The notes beneath the pieces were generated by a model. That model did no database searches and was not told the origin of the DNA. It saw only the letters and a list, made by a program, of their open reading frames with translations. Position numbers and translations under genes: made by a program. From Azolla caroliniana (lineage: Eukaryota; Plantae; Polypodiophyta), in contig JBHGNT010000009.1 in NCBI GenBank assembly GCA_043228905.1, positions 8,556,001-8,620,000 of the forward strand: DNA of 64,000 nucleotides, written 5' to 3'. This document shows positions 47,419 to 59,147 of this stretch, piece by piece; position 1 is the first letter of the stretch, and every line of letters starts with the position of its first letter.

Positions 47419-50400
47419 ATGGAAGGCGGCGGTAGTGGGCCTCCGGGCATGATGGTGTTGAACTCACAGAACTACGCCGACTGGAAGATAAAGATGGAAG
47501 ACCTTCTCATCGTCCGAGACCTGTATGAACCGATCGACAATGCCGAGATACCCAAGGGGGTAATAGAGTCGGAGTGGAAGCTCCTGAACCGGAAAGCCGT
47601 AGCGACGATCCGGCAATATGTCGATGTAAGTGTTCTGCAACATGTGGCGAATGATACGAACGCCTATGAGATGTGGCAGAAGCTGTCCGGACTGTATGAG
47701 AGGAAGAATGCTCTGACCCGGACCTCCCTGATGAGGAAGATAGTGAATCTTAAGTACCGGGACGACGAGAGCATGGTCGAACACGTCAGCACGTTCATGG
47801 GATTCGTGAACCAGCTTGCGGCGATCAAGTTCCCGTTGGATGACGCAATGCAAGCCATCATGCTGATGTGTACCCTTCCGGAGAGCTGGGAGAACTTGGT
47901 AGTTACTCTCAGCACCTCCTGTAAGGAAGAGAACTTGTCTTTACTAACGGTAAAGACAAGTATTCTAAATGAAGAAGCGCGTCGGAGAGACAAAGAACCG
48001 GCCTCCGACTCGAAGGCGCTGCTTACCGAATCGGATCGGGGAAGACAACGAAACCGGAGTCCGCAAAGACGGGAGAAGTCGGGGACACGGTCGCAGTCGA
48101 GGGGAAGACCTACATGCTTCTACTGTGGGAAGCCGGGGCACTTCCAGAAGAACTGTCGGCATTTCCGGAAAGACAACGGAACCGACGGTACCGATTCGAA
48201 GAAGTCACCGGAGCGAAACAGTGCATACCGGGGAGCCACGGACCGGAGAGGTCCGGATCGGCGAGGGCAGGACCGGAAAGGAACGACGGCACTCGCGGCA
48301 TGTGAAGAGGAGATCATGCTCATCACCGAAGAAGGTGAACTAAACATTGCCGGCGATGAGACTACCTGGGTGGTCGATTCCGGAGCGTCGTTCCACCTGA
48401 CCCCGGAAAGAAGATACTTCTCATCCTACACAGCCGGTGAGCATGGCTGTGTTCAGATGGGAAATGAAGGTACGTGCCGGATTGCCGGCATAGGAGACGT
48501 GTGGTTGACAACCTCGACCGGATGCAAAATGTTGCTGAAGGATGTCCGACACGTTCCGGAGGTTCGATTGAACCTGATTTCGGCCGGGAGGCTAGACGAT
48601 GAAGGCTACACAGGTAGCATCCGGAACTGCGTAATGAAGTTCAGCAAGGGGAGCCTGATAGTGGCTCGGGCCCGAAAAGTCAACACACTGTACCTTATGA
48701 ATGCCTGGTTGTGTCCGGAGGAGTTGAACGTGGCAGCCGACACTGCCGGTGAGCTGTGGCACAAGAGACTGTGCCACATGAGTGAGAAGGGGATGAAGAG
48801 GCTTGCAGAAGACAACCTTATTCCAGTGAAGCATGTACACCTGGAGAAGTGCACCGATTGCCTGGCCGGTAAGCACAACCGAACCTCCTTCCACTCAAGG
48901 CCACCGACGAGACGTAGCGCACCATTGGAGTTGGTGCAAACTGACGTGTGTCAAGTAGAAACGAAGTCACATGGCGGAGCCCAGTACTTCGTGACATTCA
49001 TTGATGACCACAGCCGGAAGCTGTGGACGGCACCGTTGAAGACAAAGGACCAAGTGTTGTGCGTCTTCAAAGAACTCCACGCGAGAGTGGAAAGGGAATC
49101 CGACAAGAAGCTGAAAGCGATACGAGCGGATAACGGAGGGGAATACCGGGGGCAGTTCGAGGAGTACTGTCGCTCGAAGGGAATCCGGCTCGAGTTTACT
49201 GTGCCGAAGACGCCGGAACTGAACGGGCTGGCCGAGAGGATGAACCGGACCATAATGGAGAGGGTCCGGAGTATGCTGGCGCATGCGAAATTACCCAAGG
49301 GGTTTTGGGCTGAGGCAATGTCGACGGCGACATACGTGATAAACAGATCACCCTCAGTACCTTTGGACGGAGACACGCCGCAGAGAGTGTGGACCGGTAG
49401 GGAAGTATCCTACTGGCATCTGAAGGTGTTCGGGTGTCTCGCATATGTGCATGTGGCAAAGGACCGGAGAGGAAAGCTAGATCCAAAGACCCGGCCATGC
49501 ATATTCCTCGGTTACGGCGATGACGAGTTCGGCTACCGAGTATGGGACCCGGTCGACAAAAGGATATTCCGGAGTCGTGATATCATCTTCATGGAGGACA
49601 AGACACTCGCCGACTGGGAGTCGGAGAAGAAGATAAAGAGCTCCAAGTCGACCGGTGAGGATCAACTCTACGAGGAGCAGTCCCGACCGGCAAGGGACCG
49701 GTTAGCACTCGAGGATCCGGCCGAAGACGGTGAAGAAACAGAACCGGCCAAGGAAGATGAAACTGATACCGGAACCGGACCCGATCCCGAAATGGATTTG
49801 GATGAAGAGGAAACGGAGGAGCCGGTTACCGAAGCTCCGGAACGGAGATATCCTCTAAGAGAGAGAAGGGCCCCCCGAAGATTTCCGGATCCAGAGCACG
49901 TGTTGCTGACCGACGAGGGGGAGCCGGAGAGCTTTGAAGAAGCAAAGCATGACACCCAGAGCCGCAAGTGGTTGAGTGCCATGCAGGACGAGATGGATTC
50001 CCTGCATGAGAACCACACATATGAACTTGTGGAGTTGCCGAAAGGAAAACGGGCACTTCGAAACAAGTGGGTGTTCAAGCTGAAACCGGGAGATGGCGGC
50101 AACCCCCCGAGATACAAAGCCAGGATCGTGGTGAAGGGGTTCCAGCAGAAGAAGGGCGTCGACTTCGACGAGATATTTGCCCCGGTAGTGAAGATGACCT
50201 CCATCCGGACGGTGCTGAGCATAGCGGCAAGCATGGACCTCGAGGTAGAACAGATGGACGTGAAGACGGCATTCCTTCACGGTGACCTCGAAGAAGAGAT
50301 CTACATGCAGCAACCGGAAGGATTCGAGAAGAAAGGGAAGGAGCACCTGGTATGCCGGTTGAAGAAGAGCCTTTACGGACTGAAGCAGGCTCCCCGGCAA

Positions 50401-50814
50401 TGGTACCGGAAGTTCGACTCTTTCATGACCAACGAAGGGTACCACAAAACGCAGGCTGATCACTGCGTATTTGTAAAGAAGTTCGAACGAGGAGACTTTC
50501 TAATACTCCTCCTGTACGTGGACGACATGTTGATCGTCGGACGGGACCAGGTCAAGATACGGATGCTGAAGAAGGCTCTTCACCGAACCTTCTCAATGAA
50601 GGACCTGGGTCCGGCGAGGCAAATACTAGGGATGCACATCATCCGGGACCGGAAGAAGAAGCAGTTGTGGCTGTCACAGGAGAAGTACGTGACGAAGGTG
50701 CTTCACCGGTTCAACATGTCGGAAGCAAGACCGGTCGGGTCAACCCTCCCGGCAAACTGCAAGTTGTCCAGCAAGCAAAGCCCCAAGACAAAGGCTGAGA
50801 AGGAGGGCATGATG
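47419..50814 (+). CDS. Copia-5 gag-pol, 5' part (gag-PR-INT-RT), open until the Copia-6 insertion
   Basis: First ATG after the PBS is at 47419. Motifs: CFYCGKPGHFQKNC, WVVDSGASFH, RADNGGEY, QMDVKTAFLHG, LLYVDDML. Confidence 0.95.
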
Positions 50815-51459
50815 TGTTGGGATTACGGTCCCTTCTGATGGGATGGTCGGATATCGGAGATGAATGCCGACCAGCCCGGTTTCGGTTTCGGAACCGGATG
50901 ATGAAGACCCCGACTTCGGAGTCGGATGACGAATGTACCCGGAGAGAGATCCGGATGCAGGGACATATCCGTGAATATGTCTGCTAAGGGCCCCTGAGGC
51001 CATAGTTGTAAATAGCCCTAAGGTCATATATGTATAAATATGACTTAGGGCAAACAGTTTTGTTGTTGCTAATCATTTTTCTGTTTTTCCACTCAAGAGG
51101 AGTGAAGAGGGAGCAGCCGTGAGAGAGAGAGAGAGAGAGATAGAGCGTGAGAGAGGAAGAGGACGACGCCTCTTTGTATTTCCGCCTCCTGTGGCGAGGA
51201 CAGCGAGCTCAAGGTCGTCGCCTTGCAGCTCGCCATTGTATACTTCTCTGTATAGTGTTGGTTTGGAGTCTTGTACTCCCGTGGTTTTTCCCGTCTAGGG
51301 TTTTCCACGTTAATCCCTGTGTGTTCGCGTTTTGTTTCTCTTTGTGGATCCTATTTTCTGCTCCATTGATTCGCGCTTACTCGGTTGTGGCCGAGTGGTG
51401 AAGGTGAATCGAAGCGTTGATTCCCAACAAACTGGTATCAGAGCGAACTGCTGCAGAAA

Positions 51460-53919
51460 ATGGAAGGCGGCGGCAGCGGGCAGCCGGGGATGATGGTGCT
51501 GAATGCGCAGAATTACGCCGACTGGAAGATCAAGATGGAGGATCTTCTGATTGTTCGGGACCTGTACGAACCGATTGACAGGTCGGAAATACCGAAAGGG
51601 GTACTTGAGTCGGAATGGAGGCTTCTGAACCGGAAAGCCGTTGCAACCATTCGGCAATACGTAGACGTGAGCGTTCTACAACATGTGGCGAACGACACCA
51701 ATGCATATGAGATGTGGCGGAAGCTGTCGGGCCTCTATGAGAGGAAGAATGCATTGAACCGGACCTCCCTGATGAGGAAGATAGTGAATCTCAAGTACCG
51801 GGATGGCGAGAGTATGGTGGAACACGTAAGCACGTTCATGGGATTCGTGAATCAGCTTGCGGCGATCAAGTTCCCGTTGGAGGATGCAATGCAAGCCATC
51901 ATCCTGATGTGTACATTGCCGGAAAGCTGGGAGAACTTGGTGGTGACTCTCAGCACCTCCTGCACCGAAGATAACTTGTCCTTACAAACGGTAAAGACAA
52001 GTATTTTGAACGAAGAAGCGCGTCGGAGAGACAAAGAACCGGCCTCCGACTCGAAGGCGCTGCTTACCGAATCGGATCGGGGAAGACAATGGAACCGGAG
52101 TCCGCAAAGACGGGAGAAGTCGGGGACCCGGTCGCAGTCAAGAGGAAGGCCCACATGCTTCCACTGTGGGAAGCCGGGGCACTTCCGAAAGAATTGTCGG
52201 CATTACCGAAAAGACAACGGAGCCGACGACGCCGATTCGAAGAAGTCACCGGAGAGAAACGGTGCATACCGGGGAGCCACGGACCGGAGAGGTTCGGATC
52301 GGCGAGGGCAGGACCAGAAAGGAACAACGGCACTCGCGGCAAGTGAGGAAGAAATCATGCTCATCACCGAAGAAGGTGAACTAAACATTGCCGGCGATGA
52401 GACGACCTGGGTGGTCGATTCCGGAGCATCGTTCCACCTGACCCCGGAGAGAAGATACTTCTCATCCTACACAGCCGGTGAGCATGGCTGTGTTCGGATG
52501 GGAAATGAAGGTACGTGCCGGATTGCCGGCATCGGAGACGTGTGGTTGACAACCCCGACCGGATGCAAAATGCTGCTGAAGGATGTCCGACACGTTCCGG
52601 AGGTACGATTGAACCTGATTTCGGCCGGGAGGCTAGACGATGAAGGCTACACATGTAGCATCCGGAACGGCGTAATGAAGTTCAGCAAGGGGAGCCTGAT
52701 AGTGGCTCGGGCCCGGAAAGACAACACACTGTACCTGATGAATGCCCGATTATGTCCGGAAGAGCTGAATGTGGCAGCCGACACTGCCGGTGAGCTGTGG
52801 CACAAAAGACTGTGCCACATGAGTGAGAAGGGGATGAAGAGGCTTGCAGAAGACAACCTTATTCCAGTGAAGCATGTGCACCTGGAGAAGTGCACCGATT
52901 GCCTGGCCGGTAAGCAGAACCGAACCTCCTTCCACTCAAGGCCACCGACGAGACGTAGCGCACCATTGGAGCTGGTGCACACTGATGTGTGTCAGGTAGA
53001 AACGAAGTCACATGGCGGAGCCCAGTACTTCGTAACATTCATCGATGATCATAGCCGAAAACTGTGGACGGCACCGATGAAGACAAAGGACCAAGTGTTG
53101 TGCGTCTTCAAAGAACTCCACGCGAGAGTGGAAAGGGAATCCGGCAAGAAGCTGAAAGCGATACGAACGGATAACGGAGGGGAATACCGGGGGCAGTTCC
53201 AGGAGTACTGTCGCTCGAAGGGAATCCGACTCGAGTTTACTGTGCCGAAGACGCCGGAACTGAACGGGCTGGCTGAGAGGATGAACGGGACCATAATGGA
53301 GAGGGTCCGGAGTATGCTGGCGCATGCGAAATTACCCAAGGGATTTTGGGCTGAGGCAATGTCGACGGCGACATATGTGATAAACAGATCACCCTCAGTA
53401 CCTTTGGACGGAGACACGCCGCAGAAAGTGTGGACCAGTAAGGAAGTGTCCTACCGGCATCTGAAGGTGTTCGGGTGTCTCGCATATGTGCATGTGGCTA
53501 AGGACCGGAGAGGAAAGCTAGATCCAAAGACCCGGCCATGCATATTCCTCGGTTACGGCGATGACGAGTTCGGCTACCGAGTATGGGACCCGGTCGACAA
53601 GAAGATATTCCGGAGTCGTGATATCATCTTCATGGAGAACAAGACACTTGCCGACTGGGAGTCGGAGAAGAAGATGAAGAGCTCCAAGTCGACCGGTGAG
53701 GATCAACTCTACGAGGAGCAGTCCCGACCGGCAAGAGACCGGTTAGCACTCGAGGATCCGGCCGAAGACGGTGAAGAAACAGAACCGACCGAAGAAGATG
53801 AAAATGATACCGGAACCGGCCCCGATCCCGAAATGGATTCGGATGAAGAAGAATCGGAAGAACCGGTTACCGAAGCTCCGGAACGGAGATATCCTCTAAG
53901 AGAGAGAAGGGCCCCCCGG
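51460..53919 (+). CDS. Copia-6 gag-pol, 5' part (gag-PR-INT), interrupted by Chromo-3
   Basis: ORF 51460..54006 is near-identical to Copia-5 up to RERRAPR, then runs into the inserted LTR. Confidence 0.94.
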
Positions 53920-54354
53920 TGTCATGAGATGGCAAGACTCGAACCCATGACCTTATGGTATATGGGTCGAGCTCTTAACCATCTCACCATCTATTGTAAT
54001 TCATAGGATATTATTTTCATTTATGTTTTATTATAAGAAAGTAATGTATATTCCAGATTTCTCTGGAACATTCTAGAAGCTTCAGGATTATTCCTGAGAA
54101 CACTATAAAAGAAGGCATTAAGCATTATGTTGAACCAAATTGGTTCAACACCAGTCTTAAGCCTCTTAGCCGATTTGTACTTATCTTTCATATAATATAA
54201 GAGCTGTTGTCATCATCCTATCTCTCTCTCTCTCTCTCTCCTCTTCTCATTTTCTCTCTCTCGGGAATCTTACGCAGTCCCGTCCTCTTAGTACTAATAG
54301 TACTACTCTTCTTAGTACTAATTCCATCTCTGCTTTAGTACTATTCCTGACAGT

Positions 54355-54366
54355 TTGAACCAATTT
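54355..54366 (+). promoter_or_regulatory. Non-tRNA (self-priming type) primer binding site of Chromo-3
   Basis: TTGAACCAATTT, 2 nt after the LTR, is the exact reverse complement of 54137..54148, which starts 33 nt after the TATA at 54104. Confidence 0.8.
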
Positions 54367-54420
54367 TGTCTCTAGCCTACTTGTCACTCTCCCTCATCCT
54401 CCTACCCTTTTCCCTATACT

Positions 54421-55578
54421 ATGGCTACTGTTAGCGCCCAAGAATACCAATCCGTTTTCTCCGAGCTACAGTGCCTAAAAGAAAAGTTTGTGGCCCTGGA
54501 ACAAGAAAACCAACGGCTGATAGGGGATCTGCAACAAATCGCTCTCGAAAAACAACAAACGCAACAACAACATGGGGAGTTAGCGTTACGGGTACAACAA
54601 CTCGAAGCAGCGTTGCAACAACAAGGATCCAGTCCCCAAGGATTTCATAAAGAGCCCAAGATTGGACTTCCTGTGAAATTTGATGGAACGCGTTCGCAAT
54701 TCCGGGGATTCCTTAATCAGGTACGCTTAGTCATCCAGATGCATCCTTCCCGATATCCCACTGATGCATCTCGAGTCGGCCTAATAGGCACGCTACTTAG
54801 CGGCTCAGCCTTGGCATGGTTCGCTCCGCTTCTAGAAAAACAATCCCCCTTGCTTAATAACTTTGAAGATTTTATTGGTGAGTTTAAAGCCTGCTTTGGA
54901 GACACCGACAGCATCAGGACGGCGATCAACAAGATCCGGCGATTGCGTCAAGGCGATCGTCCAGCCTCTGCCTACGCGGCGGATTTCCGCCTACTTGCTT
55001 CAGATATACCCTGGGATGATCAAGCACTAATGGAGCAGTTTCGCTATGGCTTGCGAAACGATGTCAAAGATCTACTTCTCACTTTCCCCGAGGAACCAAA
55101 GTCTCTTACGGAGGCAATCAGTCGAGCAGTTCGATGTGACAACCGCCTGTTCGAACGGCGTTCAGAACGTCAATTACAGATACCACGCTCTAGACCAGAG
55201 CCCACTTACGCCACAGTCGCGGCTAAACCATTTGCACGAGACATACCTCAAGCAAATACTTCGACACCGATGGAGATCGATACCATGCGTCGACGCGGCC
55301 CGTTATCGGAAGAAGAAAAGCAACGACGACGTGCCAATCGATTATGTCTTTATTGCGGTGGACCAGGACATATCGCCATCAATTGTCCCCATAGGCCAAG
55401 AAGACAGGTAAATCAAATCGTCGCCTGTACTAAACCCGAGTCAATTCTTCCCATCGGAGTGTCTGATAGTATTAATAGTACTAATAGAGTGTCAGATAGT
55501 ATTCATAGTACTAATAGCCCAAGTATCTCAAATAAATTTGAAATCCTTAGTCAATTAGATGAAGAGTTAAACGATTGA
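54421..55578 (+). CDS. Chromo-3 Gag (385 aa)
   Basis: N-terminal coiled coil; retrotransposon gag core (KFDG...LLSGSALAW...LRQG); PMEID; knuckle CLYCGGPGHIAINC. Confidence 0.96.
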   Translation: MATVSAQEYQSVFSELQCLKEKFVALEQENQRLIGDLQQIALEKQQTQQQHGELALRVQQLEAALQQQGSSPQGFHKEPKIGLPVKFDGTRSQFRGFLNQVRLVIQMHPSRYPTDASRVGLIGTLLSGSALAWFAPLLEKQSPLLNNFEDFIGEFKACFGDTDSIRTAINKIRRLRQGDRPASAYAADFRLLASDIPWDDQALMEQFRYGLRNDVKDLLLTFPEEPKSLTEAISRAVRCDNRLFERRSERQLQIPRSRPEPTYATVAAKPFARDIPQANTSTPMEIDTMRRRGPLSEEEKQRRRANRLCLYCGGPGHIAINCPHRPRRQVNQIVACTKPESILPIGVSDSINSTNRVSDSIHSTNSPSISNKFEILSQLDEELND

Positions 55579-58500
55579 GTCCAGCCAAAATAGGAGCCAT
55601 TTGGTTGGACAGCAGCCCTAGATCTGTACAGCCCATTAGTGGTTCCATTCCTTCCAAGCAAGTTAGCAATGTGTTCCTAGCCCAAGTCATTGTTAGTACT
55701 AAAAGTACTCCCCCAGTACCCGTCCTGGCACTTTTAGATTCCGGAGCTAATTCCTGTTTCATGGATCGAAATTTTGCCCAAGCTTCTCAGATATCCTTAA
55801 GAAAACTTCCTTGTCCCGCATCTGTAGTGGTCATTGATGGTCGTCCCATTGCTTCCGGGAATATTGTAGAAGAATCAGAACCCATTCAAGTTGTCCTAGG
55901 TAGTTTTGTGTGTATAATATCATTTAATATAATTAGTAGTCCAGAGCATCCCATTGTCCTAGGATTACCTTGGCTTGAATTACATAATCCAGCCATAGAT
56001 TGGAGAACAAGAGAAGTCCGATATCGACCACCCCAAGAATCAACTCACCGAGTTTCGACCATTTCACTCCATCAACTACGTGAAGAAGGACCCAAGGAGG
56101 CAATGTTCCTATTTGCCATATCAGTACATCCTTCCAGCACTATTAAGAAGGACTCCTCAGTACAACTTCCGGCAAAATATCATCCTTATGCCGATGTATT
56201 TGACAAGGTAAAAGCCGGTACCCTTCCTCATCACCGTCCCTATGACTGTCCCATCGATTTACAACCAGGAACCGAGCCACCATGGGGACCAATTTACAAC
56301 TTGTCACCCACCGAGTTAGAAGTCCTTCGAGCCTACATAGAGGAGAACTTGGCAAGCGGGTTCATCCGTCATTCGAAATCTCCAGCCGGTGCACCCATCT
56401 TCTTTGTCAAGAAGAAAGATGGCTCACTTCGTCTTGTCGTTGATTACCGCGGATTGAATAAAGTCACCATCCGGAATAGGTATGCACTTCCTCTTATATC
56501 AAGTCTTTTAGAGCGAGTTAATGGTGCCAAGTTTTTTACTAAAATCGATCTACGAGGAGCGTATAATCTCGTGCGGATCCGACCGGGAGATGAGTGGAAG
56601 ACCGCTTTTCGCACGCGGTATGGGCATTTCGAGTATACTGTTATGCCGTTTGGCCTAACCAATGCACCCGCAGTCTTCCAACACATGGCAAATGATATAT
56701 TCAGAGACCTCTTAGATATCTGTTTGATCATTTATCTGGATGATCTGTTGATTTATTCGAAGACCCAGGAAGAGCACGATTCTCATGTACTATTAGTACT
56801 AAAGCGACTCCGCGAGAATGGTCTTTATGCCAAGCTAGAAAAGTGTAGCTTTGACTGCAAGCAAGTGGAATTTCTAGGCTACGTCATCTCCTCAAAGGGC
56901 ATCGCCATGGATCCAACTAAAGTCCAAACTGTACTAGAGTGGCAAATTCCACGGTCGGTACGAGATGTACAATGTTTTCTAGGTTTTGCTAACTTCTACC
57001 GTAAGTTTATACAGGATTACTCGAAGATTATCTTACCCCTCACACAGCTTACGAGGAAGGGCCAAGCATTTCTTTGGTCCATTGAAGCAGATATGGCTTT
57101 TCGGCATCTTAAGAAAGCCTTTACATCAGCACCGATTCTAGCTCATGTGGATACTAGCAAACCATTCATCATGGAGGCCGATGCTTCAGATTTCGCCCTC
57201 GGTAGCATCCTTTCTCAACAAGGAGATAAAGAAGAGTTGCATCCGGTGGCTTTCCATTCGCGCAAATTCGATGTTGCGGAAATCAACTACGAAATACATG
57301 ACAAGGAGTTATTAGCCATCGTGGATTCATTTGTGCAATGGCGGCATTTCTTAGAGGGCTCTCCACATCAGGTCGTTGTCTTTAGTGATCATAAAAATCT
57401 TGCTTATTTCCAGAACGCTCGCGTACTAAATCGACGACAAGCTCGGTGGGCGCAATTCCTCACGCGTTTCGACTTCAAAATCACATATCGACCGGGGAAG
57501 CAGCAAGGAAAAGCAGATGCACTGTCACGGCGTTCATATCTTGCACCTCGTCCTGGTGATCCAACATTTGATAATCAAAAGCAAGTAATCTTGGGACCAG
57601 CACGATTGCACACGACGCGGATTTTTCACACCCCGATGGATTCACGGATTACTGACAACATACGTGCAAACTTGAAGACGGATAGTTTTGCTCAAAATAT
57701 CTTGGCGCACATTGATACTTCTCGGGCATCCTGTTCTCAGTCTCAACAACCAGGTATTGACTACCGACAATTCGAATATCATGATGGTTTGTTATTCTTT
57801 AAAAAGCGCGTATATGTCCCCGATTGCTCCTGTCGCCTTCACATCATCCAGCATTGTCACGACACCCATACGGCGGGACATTTCGGTAGTACTAAGACGT
57901 TGGAGCTAGTGCAACGATCTTTTTGGTGGCCCCACATGCGTCGTTTTGTCGATGACTACGTTCGGACCTGTGATGCTTGTTGCCGAGCAAAGATGCCACG
58001 ACACCATCCATATGGCTTGTTGGAACCCTTACCGATTCCAAGTAAGCCGTGGCAATCTATTTGTCTTGATTTTATCACAGATCTGCCGGTCTCGCAGGGG
58101 TTCGATGCTATCTTAACCGTCGTCGATCGATATACGAAGATGGCACATTTTGTTCCATGTACTAAGGCCATCACTAGCGAGGAAACCGCCGTCCTAGTCA
58201 TGCGTGAGGTATTTCGGCATCATGGCCTCCCAGACAGTATCATTAGTGACCGAGGACCGCAATTTGTCTCCAAATTTTGGCAGCATCTCTTCAAGATGCT
58301 CAAGGTCTCTTGCAACCTCTCCTCCGGCTACCATCCTCAGACCGATGGGCAGGCAGAACGAACAAACCAAACGTTGGAGCAATATCTCCGGTGTTTCCTG
58401 AGTTATCAACAAGACGATTGGGCCGAGATTCTCCACTTTGCGGAGTTTGCGTATAATAATGCTGTTCACTCCTCGACTCGAGTCTCCCCATTCTACGCGT

Positions 58501-59147
58501 ATACCGGTTCTCATCCTCGCTGGTCGGTGATCGACACCCCGGAGCTACCTACCAATCCTCGTGCCGGGGATCATTTGGAGAGACTACGCAAGATCCAGAC
58601 AGATCTCTCGACTCATCTTCGTCATGCTCAACAGACACAGAAGATTTACGCGGATCGTCATCGGCTTCCCTCCTCTTTTGCCATCGGAGATCGAGTATGG
58701 CTCTTACGTCGTCACATCAAGACTACTCGACCATGCGACAAGTTGGATTATCGACGACTCGGTCCTTTCCTTATTACGGGTAAAGTTAATGATGTCACCT
58801 TCCGCCTTGATCTCCCTCCGTCGCTTCAGCTACATCCGGTTTTCCATTGTTCCCTTCTTGAACCTTATAAAGCAAACACCATTCCCAATCGTGTTACACC
58901 ACCGCCGCCCCCGCTGGAGTTGGACACCGGCCCGGAATATGAAGTGGCTGCCATCCTCGATTCCAAACTTCTTCGCAACAAACTTTACTATTTGATCGAT
59001 TGGGTTGGTTATAGTCCGAGCGAACGCACTTGGGAACCTGTCGAGCATGTTGCCAATGCTCAGGATTTGCTTGCTGATTTCCACCGAAAGTATCCGGACA
59101 AACCCGGTCCGCAATCAGCGCCGACTCGTTCCACTCGTCGTCTTTAA
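55563..59147 (+). CDS. Chromo-3 Pol (PR-RT-RH-INT-chromodomain), in the -1 frame relative to gag
   Basis: [50 protein letters not shown]...WVGYSPSERTWEP. The frame has no upstream ATG and opens after the TGA at 55560. Confidence 0.96.
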   Translation, partial: RVKRLSPAKIGAIWLDSSPRSVQPISGSIPSKQVSNVFLAQVIVSTKSTPPVPVLALLDSGANSCFMDRNFAQASQISLRKLPCPASVVVIDGRPIASGNIVEESEPIQVVLGSFVCIISFNIISSPEHPIVLGLPWLELHNPAIDWRTREVRYRPPQESTHRVSTISLHQLREEGPKEAMFLFAISVHPSSTIKKDSSVQLPAKYHPYADVFDKVKAGTLPHHRPYDCPIDLQPGTEPPWGPIYNLSPTELEVLRAYIEENLASGFIRHSKSPAGAPIFFVKKKDGSLRLVVDYRGLNKVTIRNRYALPLISSLLERVNGAKFFTKIDLRGAYNLVRIRPGDEWKTAFRTRYGHFEYTVMPFGLTNAPAVFQHMANDIFRDLLDICLIIYLDDLLIYSKTQEEHDSHVLLVLKRLRENGLYAKLEKCSFDCKQVEFLGYVISSKGIAMDPTKVQTVLEWQIPRSVRDVQCFLGFANFYRKFIQDYSKIILPLTQLTRKGQAFLWSIEADMAFRHLKKAFTSAPILAHVDTSKPFIMEADASDFALGSILSQQGDKEELHPVAFHSRKFDVAEINYEIHDKELLAIVDSFVQWRHFLEGSPHQVVVFSDHKNLAYFQNARVLNRRQARWAQFLTRFDFKITYRPGKQQGKADALSRRSYLAPRPGDPTFDNQKQVILGPARLHTTRIFHTPMDSRITDNIRANLKTDSFAQNILAHIDTSRASCSQSQQPGIDYRQFEYHDGLLFFKKRVYVPDCSCRLHIIQHCHDTHTAGHFGSTKTLELVQRSFWWPHMRRFVDDYVRTCDACCRAKMPRHHPYGLLEPLPIPSKPWQSICLDFITDLPVSQGFDAILTVVDRYTKMAHFVPCTKAITSEETAVLVMREVFRHHGLPDSIISDRGPQFVSKFWQHLFKMLKVSCNLSSGYHPQTDGQAERTNQTLEQYLRCFLSYQQDDWAEILHFAEFAYNNAVHSSTRVSPFYAYTGSHPRWSVIDTPELPTNPRAGDHLERLRKIQTDLSTHLRHAQQTQKIYADRHRLPSSFAIGDRVWLLRRHIKTTRPCDKLDYRRLGPFLITGKVNDVTFRLDLPPSLQLHPVFHCSLLEPYKANTIPNRVTPPPPPLELDTGPEYEVAAILDSKLLRNKLYYLIDWVGYSPSERTWEPVEHVANAQDLLADFHRKYPDKPGPQSAPTRSTRRL

